Shown here in pieces: positions 25,771-39,529 of a stretch of 64,000 bases of DNA (position 1 is its first letter; each line of letters starts with the position of its first letter). Under the pieces are notes generated by a model that did not search any database, had not been told where the DNA came from, and saw only the letters and a list, made by a program, of their open reading frames with translations. The DNA comes from Octopus sinensis. Taxonomy: Eukaryota. Made by a program: the position numbers and the translations under genes. Location: contig NC_043005.1 in NCBI RefSeq assembly GCF_006345805.1, positions 23,374,001 to 23,438,000 of the forward strand, in the 5' to 3' direction.

Positions 25771-27557
25771 AAATAAATAATAAGTTTTCAACTTCTATCT
25801 GAATCAGTTGCATATATATAATTTTAAATATGTTTCTCAATAACAATTTTTTGCTTAGTTTGTTTTAGACATCACAGCTAAGGCCATATTGAAGCACTAC
25901 TATGATATGCAAACGTCCTAAACTTCTGAATTCAACTAACAACCTTTTATGATACAAGTCTCTTAATTGTTTAACTGTATACATCTCCCTCCACCTCCAC
26001 CACCGCAATCACTGAGCTTCTACAGTTACTGCTTTACAGTAATTAATTCTGTCGTACTGTATCCTGGGTTCAAATTCCACTGGGGTGGGGTGCGTCAATT
26101 GATAAATGAGCATTAGTTATGTACAGAGGTCAGTTTCATTGACTATTTCCTCTCTACAGTCTTGCAGTCCTGTGCCAATGTTGAGAATTCAACATTTCAA
26201 AAGAAAGTTGTTTTATCTCTTGATCTAGAAATATTCGATTGTCTTAGTTCAAAATATATTGTCTTTCCTCTTCTTCTTCCTCCTATCTAAATCTGTAACT
26301 AAAATTCTTGGAGTGAGAGAAAATATCAGATGCTTTGCAGTGAATCTGAGGTATAAGAAAACAACCCAACAAAAATAGAACATCAAATCAAATATATTTA
26401 ATCCAGCAGCAAAGAATAAGATAATTTTTGTGGCTGATAAAAGTAAAACCTTATCAAAATAGCTGGAATACCTCTAAAACTCATACTTTTAATAAACTTT
26501 CCAACATAATTTTCAGGAATATAATGGGGTTTAAAATAATAAAATTAATAATAATAATAGTTATACAGTTGCTTTGAATAATTTGTTCACTCTAAATACC
26601 ACTTTTTTTCTCCTTAGTAGTTTACATTGAAGAAATTGGAGAGTAGTTTTCCTTTCTGAAATCTTATGAAGTTTACGTGCCAAATTAAAAATCTTGTGCT
26701 TGCAAGATGTGGTGTTTAATATTTTTATTTAAATTTTTTTTTTTTTATACATTGAATTAGAAACCAAATATATTTCTTCCAAATCTTGATTTTAATTATA
26801 GTTTAAGGTTGTTTTTTTTTTTTTCTTTATTTTCATTTTATAAATATAAATTTCAAAACATCTTTGCTTCATGTTTAATATATGTTGTCAAATCTATAGG
26901 ACAAAATGTTTTGATTTAAATTGCAAGGCAGTTTCTATATGAATAGTCTTTTATATATTTATTTATTTTTGTTAGTAAGAAGAGAAACATAATCTGATAC
27001 ATGAATTGTTACCAAACAAATGCTATGATTTGAGATAATATATATATATAATTATCCATTATATATTTGTAGAATTCTAGAGACAGCAATGTCTGTTTTA
27101 ACATATTTAATATTGAGATTTTCTAAATCTCTGAACTATCATAGATCAAGTATAAATCTCCCATTGACATGCTGGATACATCGAGTGTTTGGAAGCCTTA
27201 AATGACTACTGGTTCTCTCATCAACTTGGCAATGTATCCAAGACAAAGTAACTGTCAGAGCACACACACACACACATAGATAAATGGATAATTATTAACA
27301 AAATACACTTATATATATTTATTCAAAACTGGTTATTTGCTCCAATGCTACTCAGTTCCTCTGTGGGTGTGTGGGTGGTTACTCAGGTAATAAAAAGATA
27401 GTTGGTTTTTTTTTCATGTTTTTCCTTTTTTTTTTGTCACCTGAAGGATTGATTGCACATGATGTGAATCTCAAATGACAGTGAATAATTAGCTGCATTG
27501 AATGAATGAATAACTACTGCATGTAATGAGCACTCTTTCTCCAGTGTGAACATCCAA

Positions 27558-27639
<82 letters not shown>

Positions 27640-30600
27640 ATGTGTATATATATGCATATGAATGTACCTGTGTGTATGTGTATGTCATGTAAATAGGATT
27701 ATATATCTCCACTTAAAAGTCTTGAGCAATTGATCATTTGGTAAGCTGTACTCATCAGGTGCAACCAACTGTAAGGTCTGTGCTCAAAACCTTATTTATC
27801 TTTTTTTTTATTTTTGGTCTAGCTGTGTTATAATTCCATTAAAACCTATTTATAACAAACACATATCACTCTGCACACTTCCTTCCCTAGTCTTTATTGA
27901 GCTCTTTTGTGTTTCTGTATCACAAAATAATATAAATATACATACATACGAACATACACAAATACAAATGACGGATGTTTGTAAAGGCCCACTACTCTCT
28001 AGTCTGCACCTCATTTGAGCCCTTTTAAAGTTTTTTTGGATATAAAATCAGCTAGATTTTGGCATTGGACATACACCAGCAATGATCATATTATTCATAT
28101 CTGCTCATCTTATTTAAGTGCTCTTAGTTTAAGCAACAAACACAGGTCCATTTACATTTAACAAACTCCCATGTCTTTTGATTATATTTAGATTTTTTTT
28201 TTTTTACTTCTTTTCCATTCCTTTTTAAAATTAAATCTGCTTCAGATAAAGATGATATAGTTTGATTACCTTAATGTATAAATCTCTTAATCCCCCCCCC
28301 ACCTATCTTGATTTTAAAATATATAAGTTTTTAACTTTTTTTTTGTCTGTTGTACTTGTTTCAGTTAAGCAAAAACCTGTAAAAAAAAAAAAAAAAATTC
28401 AAATATAATTTTGAATAATTTTTTTTTTCATATTTCTTTATTCTCAGTGTTGTTGTTCTCTGTTTAATGTATTTTTCTTGAAAATATCAGTTGTCGTCCC
28501 CAACCTCCATAACAAGCAGAAAAATTAAAAGACTTAACTTACCTACCTGTTCACTTAGCTTTTTGATATTTTTGTTGTTGCAATGTAATTTTTATTATGT
28601 TGAACATAAATGTCAAGCACTGTGGGGTTGTGGTGTTCTCTCTCTCTCTCTCTGTCATTTCACTTGTGCTGCTAATGGTCCTGAGAAAGGCATAAATATC
28701 ATACACTATCACCTTTTACCTTCTCATATGTAACAAAAGAAATTGTGGCCTTGTGCCAAAGAAGGAAATCAAAAAAAAAAAATTATAATTAAGCTTTTGT
28801 TGTTGTATATTTTATTGAGGTGGGGGGAGGAGAGTGATAATGTTTTTAGGTGTCACTGTTCAGTTAAGCTAGTGCCTTTCTGCTTCTGGAACCTTGGGTA
28901 AGTTCCTTAAGCTAGGATACTTTTACAGCTAATCACTTGCTTGTGGCATTCCTGAACAATGGCCTTTTAGAAACTTTCTAAAAATACGATATTCTTCTCT
29001 TTAAGTTCTAATCACCAGCCCAATTACAAAACATCATGTCAGTGCCATTATTATTATTATTATTATTATTCATTTGTTAATTTCTTTGCTGCTTATGCTT
29101 GCCAGGGAAAATGGAGAACTTCTTCCACACTAAATCAGAGGAAAATATCTCAAATCACATGGGCTTCATTTTGAGATTATATTGTTCCTCTCTAATTTTA
29201 TCTCACAACTCTGAAAGCCAGTGTTTCTACCCCACTGGTGCAATTATCTCTTATTCTCCTCTTTCAAGCTTTCAAAGGGCAGGGATACAAAATTTAGATG
29301 TCTTCACAAGTTTTCATGCAAATCTAGAAACCAATGTTTACTTTATCAGAAAACAATGTATTGTCTTGTTTTAGAATTTATTAAGTTTATGCTGAGATTT
29401 AAAGTATTTTTATGCAAATTTCATGGGCTGAACAATAAATAATAAATTCATTTTTGATTGCAGAAATGATATTAATTTTTAAAAAAAATTATAAATAAAT
29501 GAAAAAGAGAAAAAAAAAATAATAAAAATATTTTTGGCTTTATTTTATTCTAAGATTTTCTTTGGAGCATTTGTTGCACTTCTTAAACCAGAATAATTTT
29601 TGGAAATTAATTTTGTAAATATAGTAGAAATATGATATTTTGTATTATTATTATTATTATTAATAAGGTGGTGAGCTGGCAGAATCGTTAGCACACTAGG
29701 CAACGATACAGTTTTAGCACACTAGGCAATGATACAGTTACAGTTTTTTTTAATTCTCTCCTGAGTATACATTTCCACTTCCTTCTTGATATAACAACAC
29801 ATTAGGTGAAGATGGTTGTAGATTCATGACTGGATGTAGCAAATACATTGATGGTTGTGAGGTGTTTTTTTTTTTAGTAGAAGTCAGTTTTTTTTATATT
29901 TTGATTTTAAGAACTCTTTATTTCATTGAACTTTCAAACATCTCTACATTCTGGCTTACAGATTATAAATCAAGGCAGTTGCTTAGAAGTGCATTTTTAC
30001 ACCTCAGGTAGCAAGCTCTGTTTCTCTAATTTATTGAGACAAAATTATCTGTTAAAATGTTAAACAGAAACTACAATCTTTGTATTAACCTGATGTCAAA
30101 AACAAAAAGGCACAAAATATTTACTACCTTTTATTTTCTTGACATTATAATCCAATATTTTGATTGAGTATGTCTGCATAACAAAGTTACATTATGCTTA
30201 ATAAAAGATTTTGAACCTTGCTGTGAAAATAAACTCTTTGGTGGAAACATAAGACCCTTATGAGCCAAGGATGACTGGGATTGATATAATCACTCGTTCC
30301 CTTCTCCGAAATTTGCAGTCTTATACCTATGTCAACAATGTATCTCTCAAAATAAGTTACACCTCCTCAAGAGATGTTTTCATCTGATTTGTGTAACTTG
30401 TAAACAAACTTTAATTCAATCTCAAATTGATTTGTTTCTGTTTCTTTATCTTTAGCTATTATCATTGATCACACTGACATCCTTTATGAGGACCCTTCTT
30501 TTTTCATACTATTTTGAAGTTCTGAATCAGTTTCTTATAAAAATTAAAAAGTGATTAATCATTCATTAATCACCTTTTACCTTACTTAGTATTGTTGTAA

Positions 30601-31446
30601 TAATCTCTTCTAAACCAGAAAACCATCTAATAAGAGTGTAATGCTCTTTGAAACCCCTCTCATTCATGAGGATGTCCTGCAGTTTGGTTTTTTTGCAGAG
30701 CATCTGCATCTGAAGATTCACCATCATCAAGATGATTAAATTCATTCACCAACTCTGATATCTTATAATTCAGTTAGTCAATATATAACTGTTAATGCTT
30801 TCTAAATCTATAAGGTGCATCAAGGTTTAGTGCTGTTTTACAAGAAATCGAGTTACCCATGTTAGTAATTATCTTAATTGTGTGGTGTTGACTCAGTCTA
30901 AACTTCCTGGTTATTGTTTAACTGTGGGGTCTGCTTTCACAGCAAAGTTAAAATATGTTTATTAAATATGTGATTCTATCTAAATTTAATCTCAAATACA
31001 TTGTCAGTACTCCAGGTAATATAACAGACACACAAAATAAGATGTATGTTATGTAGTGTATGTAATATTTTATTTACAAAGCTTAAGTTTTCTGTGTTAG
31101 CAGAGAATTTTATACATGAAACTTAAATATCAAAATAAACTAATGAAATACTTATAGCATAAAGAATATATAATCTGTGTGTATGCACACACTTTGAAGT
31201 ACATTTTTGGTATATAGAACCGATTCCATGTACTACCATGCTTCCTTCCTCTTTTCTTGGTATATTTATATATTTCATTGTTAATTATCATTGCTTATAG
31301 ATGTGATGGTGGTCAATAAAGTATTCTATGTACAGCTATTGAATCAGTCAACTGTACCTTTCCATGGTAAATGTACTGTCTTGTATCACTGTAGGTGACC
31401 TTTATTGATATTACTTTAGAAATCATTATTACTATAGCAATTTAAA

Positions 31447-31610
31447 GTGGTTAGCTGGCAGAATTGCTAGTACGCTGGGCGAAATGCTTAGTGGTATTTC
31501 ATCTGCGACTACGTTCTGAGTTCAAATTCTGCTGAGGTCGATATGTTTGGAGTTGGGGTAAACTAAATTTACATCCTTTCAGGTTGGATAAAATGTGTCA
31601 GTCATGTCAA
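31447..31610 (+). mobile_element. SINE (second family) head
   Basis: gtggttagctggcagaattgctagtacgctgggcgaaatgcttagtggtatttcatctgcgactacgttctgagttcaaattctgctgaggtcga. Confidence 0.8.
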
Positions 31611-34600
31611 TTTAATCAGTTCTCCACTATCCCATCCCTTTTGGATGGTAAATTTAATCATGTTTGGTTTGCCCTCACCATCTGGATGGCATGTATCATT
31701 AGTGGAACCTATTTTGTTGCAAGAATTTAAGCTAGGCCCCTAATATAAGAGTAATATCCTTCCACCTGAGAAAAACCTTCTATGCTGTCTGACTCCTACA
31801 GTTCTTTTTTTAAAAACCATTGTATTCCAGCAATAGTGGTAAGAACTCAATCAATTTAACTTAATTCCAGTTTCCATTCCAAATCACCTCTGAGTCTTCA
31901 TTTATATGAGCCCCAGGTTGGTTAATGTCCTTTTTTTATTATTGAGAAGTCACGGAAAAAGTAACAGCATGTCTTGAAGAAGTGAAATCTTTATAGTCCA
32001 CCACTCATTCTTTTAATGTGCAGGAGTCAGTCAGATTTAACCCTTGTTTTTATTTTGTTGCATTCAGCCCTGAGCACCACCTGTACTACACATAAACCTA
32101 CTTACAGTGTCATGTAAAAACCATAAACTACTTTTTTTTTAAATTTAGACATAGCAATCCTTTGTATTTCTGCAGTTTCAAAATACCCTTCATTATTATT
32201 ATTATTATTGGTAGATTAACTGGATTGTTAGAGTATTGGACAAATTGCTTTGCAGTAATTGATCTGGTTCTTTATATTCTGAGTTCAAATTCTACCAAGG
32301 TCAACTTTGCCTTTCCGTTCCCCAGCAGTAACATACTAGGGTTGATCTAATTGACCATACCCCCTCCTCCATGGTCTTGTGCCTCAGAAATTATTATTAG
32401 GGCAGTGTCATATGGCAGAATCAGTAGCACTCCTGACAAAATACCTTTACATTCTAAGTTCAAATCTCCCTGGATCAATTTAATTTCATGTACCTAGCTC
32501 CAAATTTTGTAACTTTGTGCCATTGTAAGAAAATATTATACATTGTTTTTGTGGTCAGACTTTGTACACCAACTAGACAATATGTAAATACCCCAAGACT
32601 TCTTTAATTCTGGTATAGCTACCTCTGGTACATATTGTCTGTCAACTCATCATAACAACATACCTCTTTCTCATTTTATCATCCTATTTCCATTTCTAAC
32701 TGGGTATGCTTTGTCTTAGAAATATTTTCATTTGTTCTGTTTGCTTATTTATGGAATTATTTGTCTGTTTTAAACTTGCTGCTGTAATGAATTACCTCTT
32801 TCAATTATTCATAATTCCTTTAAGAGATCTGATAAACAGAACACTTCTCTTATACCTGAGCAACTGCCTTGGCTGAAAAGGAAAATACTGTTGTACCTCA
32901 AACGCTAATCTGATAGAAATGCAAGGTACTGTTATAGTTCAAAAGTGAATCTAGTAGACAAGATACTGGTTTACCCAAACACTTGCCTTTGTACAAAAGT
33001 AAGCTGGCTTAGCACAGTACTGTTTTTTCTTTCATCTCGTTAGCCAACACTATTGATTCAGTCAGATGTAATTCTGATTCATCACAGTGCTAACAGTGTT
33101 ATTATGTAAATATGATAATTCCTACAGAAATATATATTTTGGAAAATTCCCTTTTGTTTGTTAGCTTGTAGTTTAATTCTAAAATCATTAATAGTGGTGA
33201 TTAAACCATTAATGCTTGTCGGGAACTCTGTTGTAAGACAATGCAGATTAAATTGACACACAATCGCCAACTCATTTGAATTTAGGTTCCACGTTTCTCT
33301 GTATGGATCAATAAACGAGGCAAATAAAACTATAAAAATTCCTTTTAACTTTTGTAATTAATTAGTAGAAGCTTAATTCCCATTTCTAAATAATGAATTC
33401 TTTGAAAACCTCTGAGGGTTTGGCCTTATGTGTTCATTCCCCAAACCACAAGAACTGGTAGCTAAATATACTTCTGAGTGTTTTCACAAAGACTGGGTTT
33501 TTAATTTCACTTCTGCCACATTTTTGACAATCTTGTCTGTAAATTCCCTGTTGGCTTTTAACTACCATTTGCTTTCTGAGGGCAAAAATCAGAATTTTTA
33601 TTTGTTCACAGAGCACGAATACATTGTAAGTTTTTCTTTTTAGTTCTTCCTGTAATTGAAATAACAAGTCAGTTTTTAAGTATAAACTATTTTTTTGCAA
33701 TAGAAATTGTGAATTAATTTTACCTTCCATCTCCCCATCCTCTTCTTGGCAATGGCTCTCATCTCTTGAACACGTGTTCTTAGATGGCTTGCAATTCATT
33801 TTCATACATACCCTCATACTGGATAAAACATTTCTACACTACTCCAAAACAAAATTAATACTTCTTAAATAATTAATTTCATTATGAAAAGTTATATTTT
33901 CTTAATCATCTTCGTATAAAATGAATTCTGAAACTTTTTTAAATTTATAGACAAAAATATAAAAAAAAGCAATCAAAGGACTGCCAACTCAGATTAGATT
34001 GCCTGTGGTTAAATCTATTAAAAGTTTATCTTTATTTCAAAAACTGTAATTATCTCTGATTCTGTGCTCTACTAAAAAAACTTCATAATTTATACAATTT
34101 AACAAATGATATATTTTTAACATTGCTATTTTAATTGATTCAAATTTATTGTAAAATGTAAAGAAATAAATATATTAATCTATGGAAATGAAGATCATTT
34201 ATGCAGTAGCTACTTCAGTGGAAAAAATCAAAATTAGCTATATTAGGGAAATTAAGAGATAGTGTTACTGAAAATGTGGCACAAACAAATCCAAAGACCC
34301 AGTCTTTGCTGGTACATTAGTACTACTAATAATAATATACATATTATATGCATGAATTTATAGTTGTTGTCTTTTGTATCGTTACATGTGTGTAATTATG
34401 TATATTTATATTTTAATATTCTACAATATATTTGTTAAGAATATATTGCAATATAGTTGAGTTTTTCTTTTCAAGTGAGGCTGGTGCTGTCAGTGCTATA
34501 ACAATGACAGGTTTATGACCTTATCCTCTTCTCAAATATACTGTGAACACAGGCTACTTTAGAAGGGTGGGCTGGGGGTAGGGGGCAATAGAGGCATACA

Positions 34601-35669
34601 ACTAAGTCCATCTATACTTGGGGGGATAGACAGTGACAGGATGTGGGGTGAATGCTTGCAGCATACAGGATAATCTCTGACTGAACACTGCAGGTTTGAT
34701 TTCTAGTCATAGTTATTTCATTTGCTCTGCTAATGCTTTTGGAAAAGCATGAACATCACAACTCCTAATTTCTCCCCTTTTATTTGATAAAAGCTGTATA
34801 ACCCTTAACAGATACTTCAGCATAAAAAGGCCAATCAGTTTATTGTATCCCACTTCATTAATTATATAAGATTGTATACTTAATCTTGTATATTTCCCAT
34901 TATTGCTTAGATAAAAAAAAAATGTTAATGTAAGAATTTCCTTGCAGTTCCTTTGAGAGTATTTGAAATATTTGTGTGTAATTAGCTGCTTTGAAGACTT
35001 CTGAATGTGCTTGTCCTCCACCAGTTTACTGGGTACAGTTTTAGCTACACAAATCAGGCTACATCTTCACTCACACATCAGGTGAACTAGCAAGGGGCAC
35101 TAGTAGCAAGTATTGTCAGCTATTTGCTCTGCTGACTATTGATCTTCCTACTCTGCCATCCACCTCACCATGATCATCCAGCAGATGATGCTTGGCTCTT
35201 GTTTGTCATCTGATTAGGATGCTCTGTTCTTTTGAAGTGATCTCAAAAAATTCCCTGCGAGATAGATAGCTAGAGAGAGAAGGGGATGAGAGTGAGAGAA
35301 AAAGTACACTGCTGAATAAAAATGTTTTCTAAGCTGGAGTTTGTGTTACAAGCAAACCATTGCTTGCAGTCTCCAAGATCAATATTTCCAATGTTTTCCT
35401 GATGTGGCCATCAGCTATAGCAGTAGCTGAACTGAATGTCAGCTCCATTTCTTGCTACCGATGCTGCAATAGCAGTAGATACATCACTTACCTGACATCT
35501 TGCTTTTTCTCCCGTACTCCCACTTCCCTTCTTTATTCCAGACTATGCCACTGCTGTATTTCTCTCAACACTTTTGTCTCTTTCACAGCTGTTCTGTCAG
35601 CTGAAGATGTCTGTGATGTTCTTGTTAGTAAAACTTTTGTTTGTGTGTAGTTATGTTGTTTTTGTTTTC

Positions 35670-35880
35670 ACTCTTTTGTGTTAATAATACTTATAGCATT
35701 ACATATGCTGAGGTATTTATATATTATACAGTAGAATGGTGTGTCTTTGCTAAGGTTTAATTCTCTTGTATTTGTGCTACTAATGGTGTTAGATATGCAG
35801 CAGTATATATAGTAGAGTGGTGTGTCTTGCCTAAGGTTTAACTCTTTAGTATTCATAATACTAATGGTGTTATGTATGTA
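35670..35880 (+). repeat. 81-bp tandem repeat, about 2.5 copies
   Basis: gtagaatggtgtgtctttgctaaggtttaa at 35731 recurs as gtagagtggtgtgtcttgcctaaggtttaa at 35812. Confidence 0.8.
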
Positions 35881-36977
35881 TATATTTATAAAATGATGAA
35901 CCAAAAGCAAGCACTTCACACACGTGATTTATTGGGGTGGGGGTGGCCAGTTCCTGCTGCAGAGGGTAACAGTGTCAACAAGATCCAGTATGACAGGTAG
36001 TTAGATTTGGGCCAGTTTGAATGCCAAAGTATAATAAACCCCGACTGAAAGGGTAAAAAGTATTGCAGCAACATATTTATTTATAATTCCACATATTCTC
36101 TCTAAGTTGGTGGCCTATGTGAGGAAGTGTTAAATTCAGTGAGTGGCAAAGAAATGAGGTATGTTGGTATGCTGTGAGATATGTTAGATATTTCTTCTCA
36201 GTGCATACTAACATACTTTTCCTTTTCTGTATTTTTTTTTTTTCCTTATTCTAGTCAGACAAACGAAAGCATTTCCTCAAAATAACTGGAGGCTTGAAGC
36301 TGGGTGTTTTGCTTTTGTTCAGAAACAAATAGTTGCCCTTAGAAAATTGTATTGTCTACAACTTAAAACTGGTATCAGTAGGCTTTAAAAAGAAGAAAAA
36401 ATTCTTGTCCCACAAGATGTAAGAAATATGAATTGTGTACAAGTCAACATTTTAAGTTTTAAAAGAGAATATATAAAAAAAATAAACTTTCCCAAACCAG
36501 ATGCCGACCTGTTGGGTATAATACGTAATCTTTACCTCTGGCCTAAAAAAACTTGAATGTTGACTTAAAGTCACCTAATATATGTTCATTATTATATATA
36601 TTCTTGTATTATAATATTTTATATTGTAGATTCCCATGTTTTTTTTTTTTTAATTACTTTTTTCCTCATGATTATTTTATTTATTATTTTCTATTCTGAA
36701 AGAGCAGAACTCTTTACCTCTGGAGAAAAAAAGCGCATAAAAGCTCAGATCAGTAACTTAAAGGGCTTACCAAAGTTTTTTTTGTGGCCCACTACTTTGT
36801 CTTTGTGTTTGATGTATAATGTAATTGTGTAATTGTATACCCTGAATGTGTTCTAGCTAGTTCTCTATCCTATCCAATCCCTTTAACCAGAGAAAACAAA
36901 ATCTAATGGTGTTTGATCAGCTTGATTACATGTGGACACATGAGAATGAAATTTATGACACCTTCATCTGAAAAGTA

Positions 36978-36983
36978 AATAAA
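36978..36983 (+). promoter_or_regulatory. candidate distal polyadenylation signal
   Basis: AATAAA followed by a U/GU-rich tract at the end of the TE-poor block; TE density rises downstream. Confidence 0.35.
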
Positions 36984-37704
36984 GTCTTTTTAAAATAATC
37001 TCTTTTTTGTTATTTATTTTCTTTTATTTGGACTACTGTTCTCTGCACTTGCTTCTATATACATATCTAGCCTCAACTTCTAATGCCATCCTATAAAATG
37101 CATTCTAGTTCCAGTTTGAACGAGACTTTGATAACATTGCAGTTAAATTTGAAAACAAAAGTAGCAATTAATTTCATGATAATAAATTTTGTATAGGAAG
37201 TATGAAGCTACATTAGTATTGAATGCAGACGTGCAGAAGCTGGGGAGAAACTGAGATAAGCATGTGTTGGGTGTGTAATGTTAACTAGCTTAAAAGAGTG
37301 CTGCTTTCCTATATGAAAGTTTTAAAGGCATCAGTGTATGTATGTTGAAGAGGTGGTTGTACCTGTATGGACAAGTAAATTCACAATACTTGCTGGATGA
37401 AATAGTAGTTAAGAGTTATCTGTGACAGAAGACAGGAAGAAATACTGAGATCAGGTGACATTAACAATATGTTGCACTACTGATTTGGACGACTTGTGCT
37501 AGTCTGGTCGCACAGCTGTTAAAATGGTAATAAGGAGGATTTAGTCTAAATGTTATTACATTTTAATTCATTAACTGAAAATTTGAACTTACGCTTTAAT
37601 ACTATTGGTTTTTCTAATGTTTGATGTTCATTTAGTAATGTCTACTAACAGTGTTAGTAGATATTACATATACTAACCGCTTTAGGCAATCATGCAATGA
37701 TGTG

Positions 37705-37850
37705 AAGCAGTTACTTGACCTGCTAGAAATAGCAGCCATATCTTTCCAATCACAGGAAAGGAAAAAAGATCAAGTAGTTCTTAGGTACACTGAATCTGAA
37801 AAAGGGACAGGATGGTCATAGATGGAGCAAATTGACATGGATCTAAACTA
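37705..37850 (+). mobile_element. interspersed repeat with a ctgctagaaatagcag core
   Basis: Similar to 45340-45440, 45880-46065, 48115-48320, 57975-58070 and, inverted, 6805-7170. Confidence 0.7.
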
Positions 37851-38849
37851 GGGTTTCTTAAAAAGAAGGTGGAAGCTGAGAGGATCGAAATGATGGCAGA
37901 CAAATTGCCATCCTTAAGGAAATAGAGATTTTTTAAACTTGTCCAGCTTCACAGAAATATATTTGTTCTCCTAACAACTCTTCGCTCTGTGTCCACTCAC
38001 TATAATGCACTCCCACCATTTTAGTTTTGCAATCTTGTGAACTTACTCACCCTATCCAATCTTTGGTTCCACTTACATACACCTCACTGGAACTTGAATG
38101 CACCCCCACTTCTGCATCACATCTTCATCTCTCTCCTCTCTTTCTTCCTCCTCTCTCCCCTACTGTGGTGGCCATGTATCGCCTTTACTGCAAGACACCT
38201 GTTTCTGTCCCTCTACTCATACTCTAATCTCTCGTCATCTGGCACAAAGCTATTTCTCTCTCGGTTAAGAGGGTCTTGTCTTGTAAGTTATTTGGTGACC
38301 TCACTGCTGCTGGTGCCATGCAAAAAAAGCACCCAATACACTCCGCATAATGTTTGGTGTTCAGAAGGTCATTGAACCATAGAAACCATACCAAAGCAGA
38401 CCAGCAGGGTTTGGTGTAGACTTCTGACTTGTGAGCATAGAAAACAGGTATTAAATGACAATTAGTAAAGAGTGGAGTGGTATTCACTAATATTTTGTGA
38501 GTGAAATGTCAGCTTGAAAGCCATTGGTCTGCCCCACTTAGCATTCAGATTATTTAGTCAAAAGTATTGTTCATTTATCCACATTGTTTTGAATTCATCC
38601 TGCATTATCTTGTAGCTTAAAGATTTCAATGATGTAATCGTTTATTCTTAGGGTAAGTGTGAGAGACTGGATCTGGCCAGGTAGAGTATTTTACCTGCTT
38701 TTCAAGTCAGGGATCTCATTCCACACAGCTTTGATGGTGCAAAGGAAGTGGATGATTTGTTGACAGAACTGATAACAACAACAATACATATGTTGCAAAT
38801 TTTTAGAAGCAAGCAGAAATGTAGACAAACACACACGTGCATACAATAT

Positions 38850-38996
38850 AACAGTCTTCTTTCAGTTTCTGTCTATCAATTCCACTCAAAGACTTTGGTC
38901 AGTTTGGGATTGACCAAAGGTGCTGTGCTGTGGAACTGAACCTGAAACCCCATGGTTAGAAGGCAGACTCTTTAACCACACAGCCATGCCTATGCC
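38850..38996 (-). mobile_element. SINE head
   Basis: ctttcagtttctgtctatcaattccactc..ggaactgaacctgaaacc..taaccacacagccatgcc. Confidence 0.8.
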
Positions 38997-39039
38997 TGTA
39001 TATCATATATAGATGTTCCTAATTGTATATCATATATAG

Positions 39040-39184
39040 ATGTTCCTAATTGTAAGCCACAGTCATGAACCTAGGTGTCCAAAATTTTTGTTTGTGGGGT
39101 ATATCTTTTAGTGGAGAAGGTCATTGACTGTTTGATTTTCTGATACTTTCTATAAGCCCAGGCAAAGCTGGGTGCTGCTGCTAT
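39040..39184 (+). mobile_element. possible Helitron 3' end
   Basis: Hairpin cccaggcaaagctggg followed by tgctgctg-ctat (CTAG-like end). Confidence 0.4.
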
Positions 39185-39430
39185 ATTTATAAAGTTGGAT
39201 GCAGAACAACTATCAGATACACAGAACAGCTAGTGCCTGCACACATGCACAGAAAATGGACCATTTTGACAAATACAAAGAACAGACATCACACACATAC
39301 ACAGAGCAGCCATCAAAAACCAATAAAGAGTGGCTGGAGGGAGGCTGTGAGGAGAAATATAGCTAAATATAGAGGGGGTAATGTGACATTATAGTATTTA
39401 GGAAGCAGTGACAGTTTCAAGAAAATATTG

Positions 39431-39463
<33 letters not shown>

Positions 39464-39529
39464 ATATAAATAATATATACATACATATATATAGTTACCT
39501 ACATCTATATGTATATATACATACATATA

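Noticed and set aside
37722-37733. GCTAGAAATAGC is identical to the engineered sgRNA tetraloop
   Set aside because: The flanking scaffold (GTTTTAGA..AAGTTAAAATAAGG) is absent and the motif sits in a native repeat family
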